A stretch of 64,000 nt of DNA from a virus. The position numbers and the translations under genes were made by a program. This document shows, one piece after another, positions 54,163-64,000 of the stretch (the stretch's first letter is position 1; every line of letters starts with the position of its first letter). The notes beneath the pieces were generated by a model. That model was not told the DNA's origin, ran no database searches, and was given only the letters and a program-made list of their open reading frames with translations. Where the stretch lies: positions 32,001 through 96,000 of the IMG/VR virus record IMGVR_UViG_3300009104_000002; one strand, 5' to 3'.

Positions 54163-54504
54163 CTATATATTAAAATAATCTAAAATTTGCTCAACAGAAA
54201 GGGGGACATAATAAATATCACCTACTTTAAAGTGAGAATCAGTTGGCTTTTGATTAAATTGAGCTATCACCCACCAATACTTTGAATCACCATATGCCTC
54301 ATATGCCAATTTATATAATTTATCTCCCACTTTCCACCTGCGAGTTTCAAATGTTATTCTTTCCATATCTTCGGTAGATGGATAGAAAACAGTCCTTGTC
54401 TTAAACTGACGAATATTTCTGACACCTCTTTCTTTGAAAACGTCATCATACATTTCGTTATCATTTATAATTATATCTGATTTTGAGTATCTTGAAAGTG
54501 GCAT
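54163..54504 (-). CDS. LysM/tail-X-like baseplate wedge protein
   Basis: GDKLYKLAYEAYGDSKYWWVIAQFN. Confidence 0.8.
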   Translation of the reverse strand: MPLSRYSKSDIIINDNEMYDDVFKERGVRNIRQFKTRTVFYPSTEDMERITFETRRWKVGDKLYKLAYEAYGDSKYWWVIAQFNQKPTDSHFKVGDIYYVPLSVEQILDYFNI

Positions 54505-54515
54505 GTTTTTAGTCC

Positions 54516-55148
54516 TTATGTAGTTTTAGCTAAAATTCCATCTTGGAGTGCGGCGAGGACCGGCCGGTTCTCCCGGTCGCCGAACCCACCGACGCCGGCT
54601 GAGTTGTCGTTGTCGACGGGTGGCGGGTCGGTGTCGGTGTCGGGGATGGGGGGCTCGCCAACAACATTTGCAGACAATGTTACAAGAATTTTTTGCGGGA
54701 CGAGTCCGGAGTCACCAATGACACCAAACGAGCCGTCAATGTCTCGGATTACCTGCTCTTCCTTCCTTGCCCGGTCTCCAAAATCAAAAGAAATATTGGT
54801 TGGGGCACAATAAACATCAATCCAGGGAATCTCGGCGCCGAAAGGAAACGTAACCCTCCAGAGCGGCGCTTCCTTGATGACGCCGCCATCATAGAATGCG
54901 CGGGAAATCATTCTTCGCATATATGTTAAATTGTCAAACAGAACTTTATCGGGACTATTCACCGGCCACGCAAGCGAAAAACTATCATCGGAAGATTTAT
55001 ATGTTTGTATAGGATCCCTTCTTCCATAAACGCTCTGTGAGTCCCACTGCATATTAGTGGTGACATTCAGAGAATCAATTCCAGTATCGAAATCATAATA
55101 AACATCCGGACTAGGCAGATATTGTAGTCGTAATATATTTTTTGCCAT
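54516..55148 (-). CDS. Tail tube initiator/baseplate protein
   Basis: W....VYGRRDPIQTY motif; position after the tape measure gene. Confidence 0.6.
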   Translation of the reverse strand: MAKNILRLQYLPSPDVYYDFDTGIDSLNVTTNMQWDSQSVYGRRDPIQTYKSSDDSFSLAWPVNSPDKVLFDNLTYMRRMISRAFYDGGVIKEAPLWRVTFPFGAEIPWIDVYCAPTNISFDFGDRARKEEQVIRDIDGSFGVIGDSGLVPQKILVTLSANVVGEPPIPDTDTDPPPVDNDNSAGVGGFGDRENRPVLAALQDGILAKTT

Positions 55149-57941
55149 TTATTTTACTCCCTTCGCGGGCGTGTGGCCCAGCATTTTTGCAACGTTAATG
55201 GGCTTCCCTGCCTGTTGAAGATCGAAGCCCCTTGATACAAAATTAAATAGTGCTGTTGGGCTAAAAATTGTATCTATTGCTATTTTTCCTTCAAGCGGCG
55301 GGGCACCCTTCCAGGCTTCCACGATTTGCTTGCTCACCTCTTTTCCAATTGCTTCTGCAAGAAGTTGTCTTTCTTCTTCTTTTGATATATTGTCTGTTTT
55401 TGAACCCTTGACTATTGCTTCTCCGGTCACTGATCCACTTACTTCTGCGCCGAAAGCCGCTCCAGTAAGAGAGGATATCATACCAAAGGCTTTTCCAAAA
55501 ATACTATTTTTAAATACATATTCTGCAAACTCTCTCATTTTATCAAGCAACATGGCCAGCGGACGGAGGGGGGCTGCGATCGCTTCTCCCAATATTCCAA
55601 AGCGCGCTGCCGTCATATCAAGCAACTCCAAAAGGCCCGGACTGGCAAGTTTATCAGCAAGGCCGACGCCCAACGCTTGGATTGATGAAAATACCCAGTT
55701 TATCGCAGCAGCGACTCTTTCGGCGGCTTCGGTGAATTTGTCAAACGCCTCGGCCGTGAAAATAAATTGATCGGCAAAATCTCTCCACTTCTGGAGGAGC
55801 CAAGTAACTATCTTCAAGAGCACCGTCGCTATGGACACGAAGACGATAAGGGGCGATAAAAGAATCAAGGCGGCGGTGGCAAGCGCGCCAAGAATCACTT
55901 TCCAGGCTCCCGATTTCATAATGAGGATATCTAAACTTTCTATCACAGGCATAAGTATCTCGTACAGCGTCAGAACGTTATCTATGACGGCATATACCAC
56001 ATGTTCCAATGCCCACAAAACAATATTACCAAAAGTCTCGAATGCGGTTCCGGCACCCTGTGTCGAATCTCCAAGCTCCCCGAATCTCTTTTGCAATTCT
56101 TTTATTCTTGGCTGGAGAGGTTTTATTATTTTCATAAACCCGTCCACAATTTCCTGCCAATATATAAATACTTGGATCCAAGCATATGTCATAGCGGCTG
56201 CGATTCCCATCGTCCAACCAAGTGGACCGGACAGGAGGGCGAAAACGGCCAATAAGCCAATGATGGCAATCTTCAAGCCACTTGCAGCAAGATTTGTGGA
56301 ATCAAAAATAACTCCCAGATTTCCCAAGTAAGAATACACGAGTCCAGCCGTGGCAGCGATGCCGGCGGCTAAAACAGCAAGAGCCGCAACCACCAATTGG
56401 ATGATTGTGACGATGCCAACGCTGGCAACACCAGCCCAAAACATTATTGCGATAATGCCAGCTATAACTATCAGAGAAAATGCCGTGAATGCCGCTGCCA
56501 TTCCTGCCAGGACCAACTTAAAGGATGGCGCATAATTTATAATTCTGATTAGGCCCATTGTGAAATTTTTAATGCCGTTTATTACTGGCCCAAGTTGAAT
56601 TACAATTTGCCTTATTAATATTTCCATTGTTTCCACAATGGTATTATAATCAGCAGTTTGTTTTGCGAGATTGACAATCTCGGATGATGTTTTCTTGATG
56701 GCGCCAGGGAGCAAATCAAATTCCCCTCGCATAACCAAGGCAAGCTCATTAACATCGCTTAGTCCCATACTGGTTGCTATCATTTTTCTTTCATAATATT
56801 CCATATTATCAAAAGATCTTCCAGCTGAGTTTATTGCGTCTGCCATCTTTTTCATTCTTTCTGTGGGGTCCGTTGTGGTAACCATTTCTAGGGTACTCAA
56901 GTATGGTCCGCCGAGGGCTGCGTTCAATCTTCCAACAGCTTCTGCTGCTGTATCAAACTTATCAAATTTCTCTGTAATATTTAACATCTGTTCGACGGAC
57001 ATGCCAGACGCCCTTGCATTTACTGCCAATTTTTGAAAAACATCTGTTGCGCTGGAACCGAATGCTGCCAGTCTCGGCATTGCGGCAGTAAAATCTTGGG
57101 CCATCTGCTGCGGTGGCATACCAATTGCCCGCGCAAGAACAAAGAGATCTCTGTTTGTCCTATTCGCTTGTCGTGCAGATTTTCCCAATACCTTTGTCAT
57201 AAATTGAAAATTTTCTGTTGTTATGTCGGATTCGACGCCCAACTCATTTAATATAGCAGTTGTTTCGCCAAGCTCTTTTCTGGATGCTTTTGACATCTTA
57301 TTCAGGTCCGTAACATTTGTTGTCATAGACGTATAACTTTTTGCGACATCGCCTATGAGGACATTGTATTTCATCATATCTTTTTCAAGATTTGTTATTT
57401 CCCTTCCATATAAATCAAAGGCGCCGGTCTGTCTGTTGAAAGCAACCAAGGCGTCGTCGGTTGCAACCGCAAGTTCAGCAGTGCCAATGATCAGCGTGGA
57501 TAATGCTCTCGTAGACAGATTAAAAGCTGCAGCTGCCGCTATGGAGGCGGCGCCACCCTCCTTTAAACCTTTGATAAGATTCTTTCGGGCTTTTGCGCTC
57601 TTTAACGTTAGTGCTATGTCTTGCGAGATGCTATTAAGGAAGTTACTTTGGATTCCCAGGGCCTTCTGTACTCGATCTCCATATTCCCCCATTGCCTTCT
57701 CAGCTTTTGCAACGGAGTCAGCTGCGCTGTCTGCAAGGGCACTAAACGACCCAAGAGAGCCGCCAAGTTCTGATATAACTTTTTCAAGGGCTTCACCACC
57801 CTCTGATCCATCTGCGAGGGCTGCCGTCATCGTCACCAATGCTTTAACCAAAGGAGGCATAGTCGCATCTAATTTTTCCAACGCTTCTGTAAGGCGAATG
57901 ACTACTGCTGGATCTAACTGTAGGTTATTACCGTTTGCCAT
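55149..57941 (-). CDS. Tail tape measure protein
   Basis: 930 aa, Ala-rich helical with hydrophobic W/G repeats, located in the tail module. Confidence 0.85.
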   Translation of the reverse strand: MANGNNLQLDPAVVIRLTEALEKLDATMPPLVKALVTMTAALADGSEGGEALEKVISELGGSLGSFSALADSAADSVAKAEKAMGEYGDRVQKALGIQSNFLNSISQDIALTLKSAKARKNLIKGLKEGGAASIAAAAAFNLSTRALSTLIIGTAELAVATDDALVAFNRQTGAFDLYGREITNLEKDMMKYNVLIGDVAKSYTSMTTNVTDLNKMSKASRKELGETTAILNELGVESDITTENFQFMTKVLGKSARQANRTNRDLFVLARAIGMPPQQMAQDFTAAMPRLAAFGSSATDVFQKLAVNARASGMSVEQMLNITEKFDKFDTAAEAVGRLNAALGGPYLSTLEMVTTTDPTERMKKMADAINSAGRSFDNMEYYERKMIATSMGLSDVNELALVMRGEFDLLPGAIKKTSSEIVNLAKQTADYNTIVETMEILIRQIVIQLGPVINGIKNFTMGLIRIINYAPSFKLVLAGMAAAFTAFSLIVIAGIIAIMFWAGVASVGIVTIIQLVVAALAVLAAGIAATAGLVYSYLGNLGVIFDSTNLAASGLKIAIIGLLAVFALLSGPLGWTMGIAAAMTYAWIQVFIYWQEIVDGFMKIIKPLQPRIKELQKRFGELGDSTQGAGTAFETFGNIVLWALEHVVYAVIDNVLTLYEILMPVIESLDILIMKSGAWKVILGALATAALILLSPLIVFVSIATVLLKIVTWLLQKWRDFADQFIFTAEAFDKFTEAAERVAAAINWVFSSIQALGVGLADKLASPGLLELLDMTAARFGILGEAIAAPLRPLAMLLDKMREFAEYVFKNSIFGKAFGMISSLTGAAFGAEVSGSVTGEAIVKGSKTDNISKEEERQLLAEAIGKEVSKQIVEAWKGAPPLEGKIAIDTIFSPTALFNFVSRGFDLQQAGKPINVAKMLGHTPAKGVK

Positions 57942-57953
57942 AGATTATTACCC

Positions 57954-58280
57954 TCATTTAAACGGCCACTTGATTCCTGTCGTCTTTTCAAATGCCTTTG
58001 TTGCTTTTTGTAAAACAGATTTCTGCCTATATGTTTTTGGATTGTTTAATCCGTGGCGCGTGACAGCTTCTATATATTTCTTTTCTCCACCAATTGCACG
58101 AGCGAATGCCTTGATGTCTGCTGGCTTGCCCTTTATTTTGCTCCCAGAGCTAAAAATTGGAGCGCCAAACATTTGCTTAAGGACAAGCTGAATAATACTT
58201 CCATACATTCTCAAGAAACTCTCGTTGAGCATGTCTTCGTTTTTCTTCATTTCTTCTAAATCTATTTCTATTTCTTGCAT
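57954..58280 (-). CDS. Conserved tail-module hypothetical protein
   Basis: 108-aa ORF directly upstream of the tape measure gene. Confidence 0.7.
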   Translation of the reverse strand: MQEIEIDLEEMKKNEDMLNESFLRMYGSIIQLVLKQMFGAPIFSSGSKIKGKPADIKAFARAIGGEKKYIEAVTRHGLNNPKTYRQKSVLQKATKAFEKTTGIKWPFK

Positions 58281-58295
58281 TTACTTTGTTCCTTA

Positions 58296-58973
58296 CTATT
58301 CTCGGCGACCCAAGGGTCGATAGGGTTGATTCTCATTTTTTTTATCAGGTGATCTCACTTTGTCTTGGACGGTGGGGGAGGGATTTATGGGGCCCGTGGC
58401 GCCCTCCTCGATGGCTGGCGCCTTGTCGTGGGTGGAGTTAAAATGAAATTTAATATTCCCCTCGACAACATCCGAGGAGCCATATTCAAGGTCTCCCAAA
58501 TCATAAGAAACTGGAATAACCTGATAAAATCCCAAAGTTTTAACTATTTCGCCTTCTGGGTTAAGGACCTTGACCAGTATGTTTGATTCATTCTGAAGTT
58601 CTACTTGAGGTTTGGCCGCCAAATTCATTTTGTTTTTCAAGTCGGAGTTATAATATGTCATCATCATATTTCTTATTTTTCTCATAAGATAAGGTGTCAT
58701 ATATAGAACTATTTCCAGATCTGTACTAACTGGGTCGCGACCTTCCATTATTTGGCTGCCACCAATATTGGCCGCGTCGTTGTCAATTGTGAGCGATAAT
58801 TCTGGCAAATTTACAGACTTTATTAAGTGTTTGGGAATATAAAATCTCTCTATATTTGTAATCTTAAAATCTTCACCTTCATAACTTGGCGTGCCGGCAT
58901 AAAGATTCACCTGAACCACAAAACGATATTTTTGAAGTGGGATTGCTTCTTTGTCTGTCCAAAAATCAGTCAC
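58296..58973 (-). CDS. Tail tube-like paralog
   Basis: DFW...QKYRF, IKSV.LP, YDLGDLEYGSSD mirrors 60088-60645. Confidence 0.7.
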   Translation of the reverse strand: MTDFWTDKEAIPLQKYRFVVQVNLYAGTPSYEGEDFKITNIERFYIPKHLIKSVNLPELSLTIDNDAANIGGSQIMEGRDPVSTDLEIVLYMTPYLMRKIRNMMMTYYNSDLKNKMNLAAKPQVELQNESNILVKVLNPEGEIVKTLGFYQVIPVSYDLGDLEYGSSDVVEGNIKFHFNSTHDKAPAIEEGATGPINPSPTVQDKVRSPDKKNENQPYRPLGRRE

Positions 58974-58990
58974 GGTATACCTTCTCCTGA

Positions 58991-59000
58991 AATAAATAGT
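58991..59000 (-). promoter_or_regulatory. Putative late promoter motif ACTATTTATT
   Basis: Upstream of a tail gene. Confidence 0.65.
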
Positions 59001-59020
59001 AAAAAACCAAGAAATATTCC

Positions 59021-59213
59021 CTATCTCTTGGTTTTGTGTGATTTTTTTATTGCATTACTTTCTTTTTCAATTTGATCAGATAACCTTTGCAGAAACCATC
59101 TCCTAATTTTTATAGGTAAATTATATGCTTCAATAAAGCTCCAACCACCGTGATATTTCATCAAGAAGAATTCTTCATAAACCGACTTGATGTATTCATC
59201 ACTTAGGCCAAAA
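59021..59213 (-). CDS. Frameshift extension of the tail assembly chaperone (GT-like)
   Basis: FGLSDEYIKSVYEEFFLMKYHGGWSFIEAYNLP frame entered at the T7 run. Confidence 0.6.
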
Positions 59214-60056
59214 AAAGTCCGTAGTGAACGGCACCTCCAGGGCCGTTCGATAATTACAATTAGGACACTCAAATTCTTGTGTCATATCAACATTCGGGAT
59301 ATTTTCCTCATATGTTGTTCTCAAGTGGCGTGAATCCCTCGCAGGCATCACTTCAATGAATTCGTTTATTAAATTCCTCTCTTCTCTTCCATTAACTGAT
59401 ACAACAATTGTTTTTAGCAAATCAGTCAATGTTGTTTCTGCCAACTTTTTCTTTCTTTTCGACTCCTGCGTTCTCGCAAGATACATCTCATCTTTTCCCG
59501 TCAATGGGCGTGTCTCTACTTCCACACCAGTAATCGGGGTAGTTGCCAGCAAATTTCCAGAATCTGTCCAAGTGGCATCTTCTGGATTTTCATTAAATTC
59601 CTTAATTTCTACTTCAGAAAGATCAAATTCACAATCTGAAGAAGTAAAGCATGATGGACATGTCACCTTCGTTGAATATTCCGAACCATAGCCGTTGATT
59701 CTGGCTGCCACCAAGATAGCATTTCTATCACCAGTTACCAAACTATCAGTTCTTATTGATTTATCGATAATGATACTTTTGAGAAATCTCTCAATTGCAA
59801 CACCTTGCTTAATCAAGGTTTTTGAAGAAAGAATATCTTCTTCTTTTGCTGTCATATATTTTATCTCAACGCTCTCAACACCACAAAGCGGGTGATCTGC
59901 TGCATAGCAAAGCCCCCTTGAAGGAAGTTCTACGAACTCTGTTGGTGTTGCGAAACTCAATCCATCTGCTTGCGTTGTTGCAGCAACGGGATCGTCTTGA
60001 GGAACTTCTGTATCGCCTAGTTCTTTTCCTAGGCGGCTCCTATTATTTCTAGCCAA
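59199..60056 (-). CDS. Tail assembly chaperone / T4 gp26-like hub assembly protein
   Basis: ELPSRG..Y, MTAKEEDIL, ARINGYG, CPSC and CPNC, FFWP terminus. Confidence 0.8.
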   Translation of the reverse strand: MARNNRSRLGKELGDTEVPQDDPVAATTQADGLSFATPTEFVELPSRGLCYAADHPLCGVESVEIKYMTAKEEDILSSKTLIKQGVAIERFLKSIIIDKSIRTDSLVTGDRNAILVAARINGYGSEYSTKVTCPSCFTSSDCEFDLSEVEIKEFNENPEDATWTDSGNLLATTPITGVEVETRPLTGKDEMYLARTQESKRKKKLAETTLTDLLKTIVVSVNGREERNLINEFIEVMPARDSRHLRTTYEENIPNVDMTQEFECPNCNYRTALEVPFTTDFFWPK

Positions 60057-60087
60057 TTTTCACCTCTTGTTATAAATTTATTTTACC

Positions 60088-60645
60088 TTACTTACCAGCG
60101 AAGATGGGGCCGCCTTCCTCTACGGTAGTAATTTCGGCCCAATCGTATCTAAATGTCATCGTAATTTCCGACAAATCCTCGGAAGTATAATCCAGTTCGC
60201 CATATCCAAGCTTGATTAAAAATGCATTTTTTAATGTCCATTGTTCTTGCGTTATCCCGTTGGCATCAACTTGCTTAATTATGACTTCAAAAGCTGATGA
60301 TTTTCTTATAGAAAACTTATTTTGAACGGCTCCTTCTGGGCCTAAATATCCCATCCTTGACAAGAGGGATGCTGTCGCACCTGCTGCATCCGGGCTGATT
60401 GGATCTGTCAAGACGAGAGAAACCTCATTCCACTCAACGGTACCGGGAAAGTAAAATTTGTGTTGCATGAAATTAACGTCTGCTGTATTGACGGTAATCT
60501 CTGGTTTATCAACTGTTTTTGCAAACCAAAGTGGAGCAATCGCTCCCAGCGGGGTATCCCCGACTTCGCCGCCAGCAAGTTGAACCGTAAATCTATATTT
60601 TCTTTTTGGGTCTACGCCCGCTGTTGTCCAAAAATCATTCGCCAT
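60088..60645 (-). CDS. Tail tube protein
   Basis: PKRKYRF, KTVDKP, FPG..EW, EQWTL.NAF...GELDY..EDL.EI.MT.RYDW. Confidence 0.88.
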   Translation of the reverse strand: MANDFWTTAGVDPKRKYRFTVQLAGGEVGDTPLGAIAPLWFAKTVDKPEITVNTADVNFMQHKFYFPGTVEWNEVSLVLTDPISPDAAGATASLLSRMGYLGPEGAVQNKFSIRKSSAFEVIIKQVDANGITQEQWTLKNAFLIKLGYGELDYTSEDLSEITMTFRYDWAEITTVEEGGPIFAGK

Positions 60646-60702
60646 TTCTTAAAGTCTCCCCTCTTTCTTATATGTAGTCAATAAGTCAAATAAAATCATT
60701 TT

Positions 60703-63555
60703 TTAATCCTCAAATCCAGCGCCCTGATTTGTAATCACAAAGTCAAGTGCGATGTATTCAATTGCCTTCGCCGGCTTCAAATAAATTCTAGCATATACGA
60801 TATTCTGATCGACCAAATCCGGCGTGGTCGTTGTATTGTCCAGAACCAACTTATAATCACTCAATCCAAGTCTCGTCTTAACGCTTGAAAGGAACGGATT
60901 GGCGAGAGCCTTAAATCTCTCCCAAGTAACTTCGACGTTTTGATCAAAGAGAATTGTATTTGCAAAAATCGAAATCTGCTTTTTAACAAGAATTAGCATT
61001 CTCCTGACATTGATTCTATCCAAAGCACTTGGAGTAATCTGGAGAGTTTTTTGTCCGAAGATAACGATTCCCTCATTTGGAAATGAGGCGATTGGATTGA
61101 TGCTAGCATCGTAAAGCTTATCTCTCTCTTTCGATGTTAGTTTTTGACTAACATTCAAAACAGGAATTCCTGCGGAACCCTGCGATAGCCCACCCCTATT
61201 AAATCCTGCGGGAGCGAACCAAACTTCCGATTGTGCCTCGGATGAGGCGAGCGTTCCAAGAACCGCGACTGATGGGGGTACCCATAGGCGATTGTTGGAA
61301 GATACTGTATCTTGGATCTGAACCCAAGGATAATATGCACACGCATAAGAAGTATTAATTTGTCTGTTTTGAAGGTTAGAAACGACCGAAGAGACGCTCC
61401 CCAATCTAACAGCCGGGTCTGCATACACTGATGAATTTTCAGTAAATGGCAAATAAACATTCGGCAAGTCAACGACTGCCAAAGCATCTGCCCTCGTTTC
61501 ACAAGTCTGAATCATGTGATTTGTAATGGTATCGTTTGTTATTCCAGGAACTGCGATTAGATTACACGCCACTGCTTCTGGGTCCGAAACAATATCTATT
61601 GCCTCTTTTACCGTGTTCAGAGCATAACTCGTCTCTAGTGTTTTTCCTGACATTCCGGAATTTCTGAATGGCTCCACATCAAGGATATCAAGGCCGTCGA
61701 AGCCACCAGCCAGCGCTGTAGTGAATCTTACCCAATCATTATCAACAACGTCTCTCCAGCTTCCAGAGGCAGAGAGCGAGTCGCCATCTACGCGGGAACC
61801 AGAAAGATAATAAGAGTAGTTCTTGCCCAAAGGCTGTACAACCTCATCCAAACTAAACGCCCATTGAGGCGTAGTATTCGATGTTGCAACGCCGCCGAGA
61901 GGATAAACATAGTCCGCGTATCCCGCATCTGCCTTATCGCTACTATAAAAAGAACTATTTTCTAGGTAGGCCGAGACATTTAGGCCAAAATATGCATCAG
62001 TTTGGTCTGTCAAGCCGCCGGCAGAAGATGAAATCCTCAGTGTAGTCTCTGGAAATTTGAGTTTGACCTCATATAGATCCAAAGAACCTGTATTAATTTG
62101 ACTTCCTGCTTGTGGATTATCGTCTGGGCCGGCAGAACCCTGTTCTAAAACGGCCGCCGGGGTCATGGTTGTCTTATCGATGGTTACATCAGTGATTTTA
62201 GACGGGCCATAGACTCCAAATGGCAAGTATACGGGATTCGCGATGCCGTTCCGAACTGTATCGTCGACCTCTACTCTGATATACTTTGACGCATTTTCGT
62301 ATTCACCGTATTCTCGCATGACCACGGCTTCCTGATCCCACACTCGGTATTTATCTCCAATTTTCTTGGAAACATAATTTTCGGAGAGAGGATTTAAATC
62401 ACAGTTTGAAAATCTCTCAACACTCTCAACTGACGCATCGGTATCGCTCGCTTTCCTGACAACTACCGAAAATGTACCATATGGGTGAGTTCCGGTTGTA
62501 TCTCTGGAATATGTTAAATCCTGAATTGAGATTTTAAGACTGTCTTGAATCCACTTTCCTGGCTCAAGGGCGTGAATCTTAAAAAGTTTTTGCATACTAT
62601 CTGCGGAATATGATCCGGTCTCTGTACCAACGTCCTGAGAAAAATACCATCCAGTGGTCGCCTTTTTCGCGTCTTCACGATAAAAAGCTTTTGTATTATT
62701 ATCAAACGGAAGAATAAGTCCATAAGATGCTGTACTCAATTCTCCTGTTTCAAGTTTCTTCTGGATGAAGGATTCATAACTTTCCCCCAGCCAATAATAT
62801 TGTTCACCTCTTTTGAAATTTGTGGATGGCACTACTCCGCCCCTAATGGCCTGCGGATTCGTATTAAACACCTTTCTAATGAAGGTTCTAGAAGAAGGAT
62901 CAAAGTTAAATGTTGTCTGATATTTTACATCTCCGGAATCATCCTTGATGTATGCCAAATAATCTGGACCCGTTGAGGATCCGACATCCGAAGAGGTTCC
63001 GAGGAGGACTCCAATGCCGCTTTCGATAGATGAGTCGCCCGCGAGTGTACCGCTGAGACCGACTGCACCACCTGAATGGAAATACCAAATTGCACTAAGA
63101 TAACCAGTTTGAGGGGCTACCGATGCCGAAGGGTTACACAAAAATAGCCCGTAAGCGCCTCCATTGGATGCTGCCGATGTATCTAGGTCCACCGTTCCCC
63201 ACCCTGCTGCGCCGGCAGTTGTGGCATCTTCATTTTCCAATCCCGCAAGGCGAATCACCGTTACGGCGTCCACACTGTTTCTCAAGTATGCTTGTGCAGC
63301 ATAAGATGCATATGTTGGGCCTTGGCGATTACCATGGCGCCAAACATCTCCGGTAGCTTTACCGGGGACTGGGTTTCCAAATACCTGAACAAAATCAGAG
63401 AATGAATTAATCTTTACAGGCTCCATCGCGGGACCTTGGGGAAGGCGGCCAATGATTACTGGGCCTGCATCCCTATCAGCTTCTGGGAGCTGCGAGTTGT
63501 CAACTTCCCGCGTAAAAACGCCGGGAGACACAAATTTAAATTTTTTAACTGACAT
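60703..63555 (-). CDS. Tail sheath protein
   Basis: SPGVFTREVD, PPS.AVLG, WFAPAG.NRG, INPI..FP.EG..IFGQKTL, RINVRR. Confidence 0.95.
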   Translation of the reverse strand: MSVKKFKFVSPGVFTREVDNSQLPEADRDAGPVIIGRLPQGPAMEPVKINSFSDFVQVFGNPVPGKATGDVWRHGNRQGPTYASYAAQAYLRNSVDAVTVIRLAGLENEDATTAGAAGWGTVDLDTSAASNGGAYGLFLCNPSASVAPQTGYLSAIWYFHSGGAVGLSGTLAGDSSIESGIGVLLGTSSDVGSSTGPDYLAYIKDDSGDVKYQTTFNFDPSSRTFIRKVFNTNPQAIRGGVVPSTNFKRGEQYYWLGESYESFIQKKLETGELSTASYGLILPFDNNTKAFYREDAKKATTGWYFSQDVGTETGSYSADSMQKLFKIHALEPGKWIQDSLKISIQDLTYSRDTTGTHPYGTFSVVVRKASDTDASVESVERFSNCDLNPLSENYVSKKIGDKYRVWDQEAVVMREYGEYENASKYIRVEVDDTVRNGIANPVYLPFGVYGPSKITDVTIDKTTMTPAAVLEQGSAGPDDNPQAGSQINTGSLDLYEVKLKFPETTLRISSSAGGLTDQTDAYFGLNVSAYLENSSFYSSDKADAGYADYVYPLGGVATSNTTPQWAFSLDEVVQPLGKNYSYYLSGSRVDGDSLSASGSWRDVVDNDWVRFTTALAGGFDGLDILDVEPFRNSGMSGKTLETSYALNTVKEAIDIVSDPEAVACNLIAVPGITNDTITNHMIQTCETRADALAVVDLPNVYLPFTENSSVYADPAVRLGSVSSVVSNLQNRQINTSYACAYYPWVQIQDTVSSNNRLWVPPSVAVLGTLASSEAQSEVWFAPAGFNRGGLSQGSAGIPVLNVSQKLTSKERDKLYDASINPIASFPNEGIVIFGQKTLQITPSALDRINVRRMLILVKKQISIFANTILFDQNVEVTWERFKALANPFLSSVKTRLGLSDYKLVLDNTTTTPDLVDQNIVYARIYLKPAKAIEYIALDFVITNQGAGFED

Positions 63556-63598
63556 CTAAAAGATTCTCCTTCTAAAAATCTATATTACTTTATCACAT

Positions 63599-63608
63599 AA
63601 TAAATAGT
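63599..63608 (-). promoter_or_regulatory. Putative late promoter motif ACTATTTATT
   Basis: About 45 nt upstream of the sheath start. Confidence 0.65.
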
Positions 63609-63668
63609 TCTTCATTCTGCGAAAGTCTTAATAAATATTTTTAATGAATATCTATTTATAAACTTTAA

Positions 63669-63995
63669 TTACTCTTGTTTTTTAACTTTTAAAAATTTAC
63701 CGCTCTTACCAGTGGCTTCTGGTAAAATAAATTCATATTCTACGCCTTCAAGCTCAGGAGGGATTCCCCTCTCTTCTCTAAGCTTTGCTATTTTTTCTTG
63801 AATATTATCTTCCAGCATCTCCAGCGTGGCAAATATTTCTTTTTCTCTTTTTTTTGTCTGGAAAAGGAAAGAGGCGAATTCCGATTCCGTTTTTGCAACA
63901 AGGCGAATGTTATTTAAAATATTTGCTGCCTCATCCCATGGTATTTCAATTTCGTCTGGTAACTCAGCCCCATCCTCAATGTGGGACTCTTTCAC
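63669..63995 (-). CDS. Hypothetical protein (probably 5'-truncated by the window edge)
   Basis: Frame stays open to the window end. Confidence 0.6.
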   Translation of the reverse strand: MKESHIEDGAELPDEIEIPWDEAANILNNIRLVAKTESEFASFLFQTKKREKEIFATLEMLEDNIQEKIAKLREERGIPPELEGVEYEFILPEATGKSGKFLKVKKQE

Positions 63996-64000
63996 CTTTT

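Noticed and set aside
58296-60645. Two tail-tube-like genes as a novelty
   Set aside because: Tube paralogs (tube plus initiator/terminator-type proteins) are normal in contractile tail modules.
1-64000. Stop-codon reassignment (alternative genetic code)
   Set aside because: Long conserved genes are intact and tightly packed in the standard code, and TAA, TAG and TGA all end genes.
1-64000. Diversity-generating retroelement, retron or transposon
   Set aside because: No reverse transcriptase (YxDD) or transposase ORF, and no template/variable repeat pair was noticed.

Overview
A 64-kb segment of a large (jumbo-like) contractile-tailed dsDNA bacteriophage. Essentially all real genes lie on the minus strand in standard genetic code, and the + strand ORFs are antisense shadows. 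Transcription runs from right to left. About 50-64 kb is the tail module (sheath, two tube-like proteins, assembly chaperone with a probable programmed frameshift, tape measure, baseplate). About 39.7-50 kb is replication/recombination (compact family-A polymerase, tubulin/FtsZ-like protein, SSB, FKBP, RecA, J-domain protein, 5'-3' exonuclease, DnaB-like helicase, ribonucleotide reductase). About 23-39 kb holds DnaE, PurA, a GuaB-like enzyme, dUTPase, two DNA methyltransferases and a nuclease-ParB-MTase triplet. About 10-23 kb is a mixed region with GroEL, ClpP, a YkuD-like enzyme, lipoproteins, Nudix and a nucleotidyltransferase. About 0-10 kb is an array of small early genes cut into cassettes by nine gap-free 61-bp repeats, each a strong sigma70-type promoter carrying two extra upstream TTGACA-like boxes. 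Three promoter classes can be read directly from the sequence. I found no CRISPR array, canonical tRNA, intein, transposase or reverse transcriptase. All functional calls come from motif recognition by eye; no database search was run.
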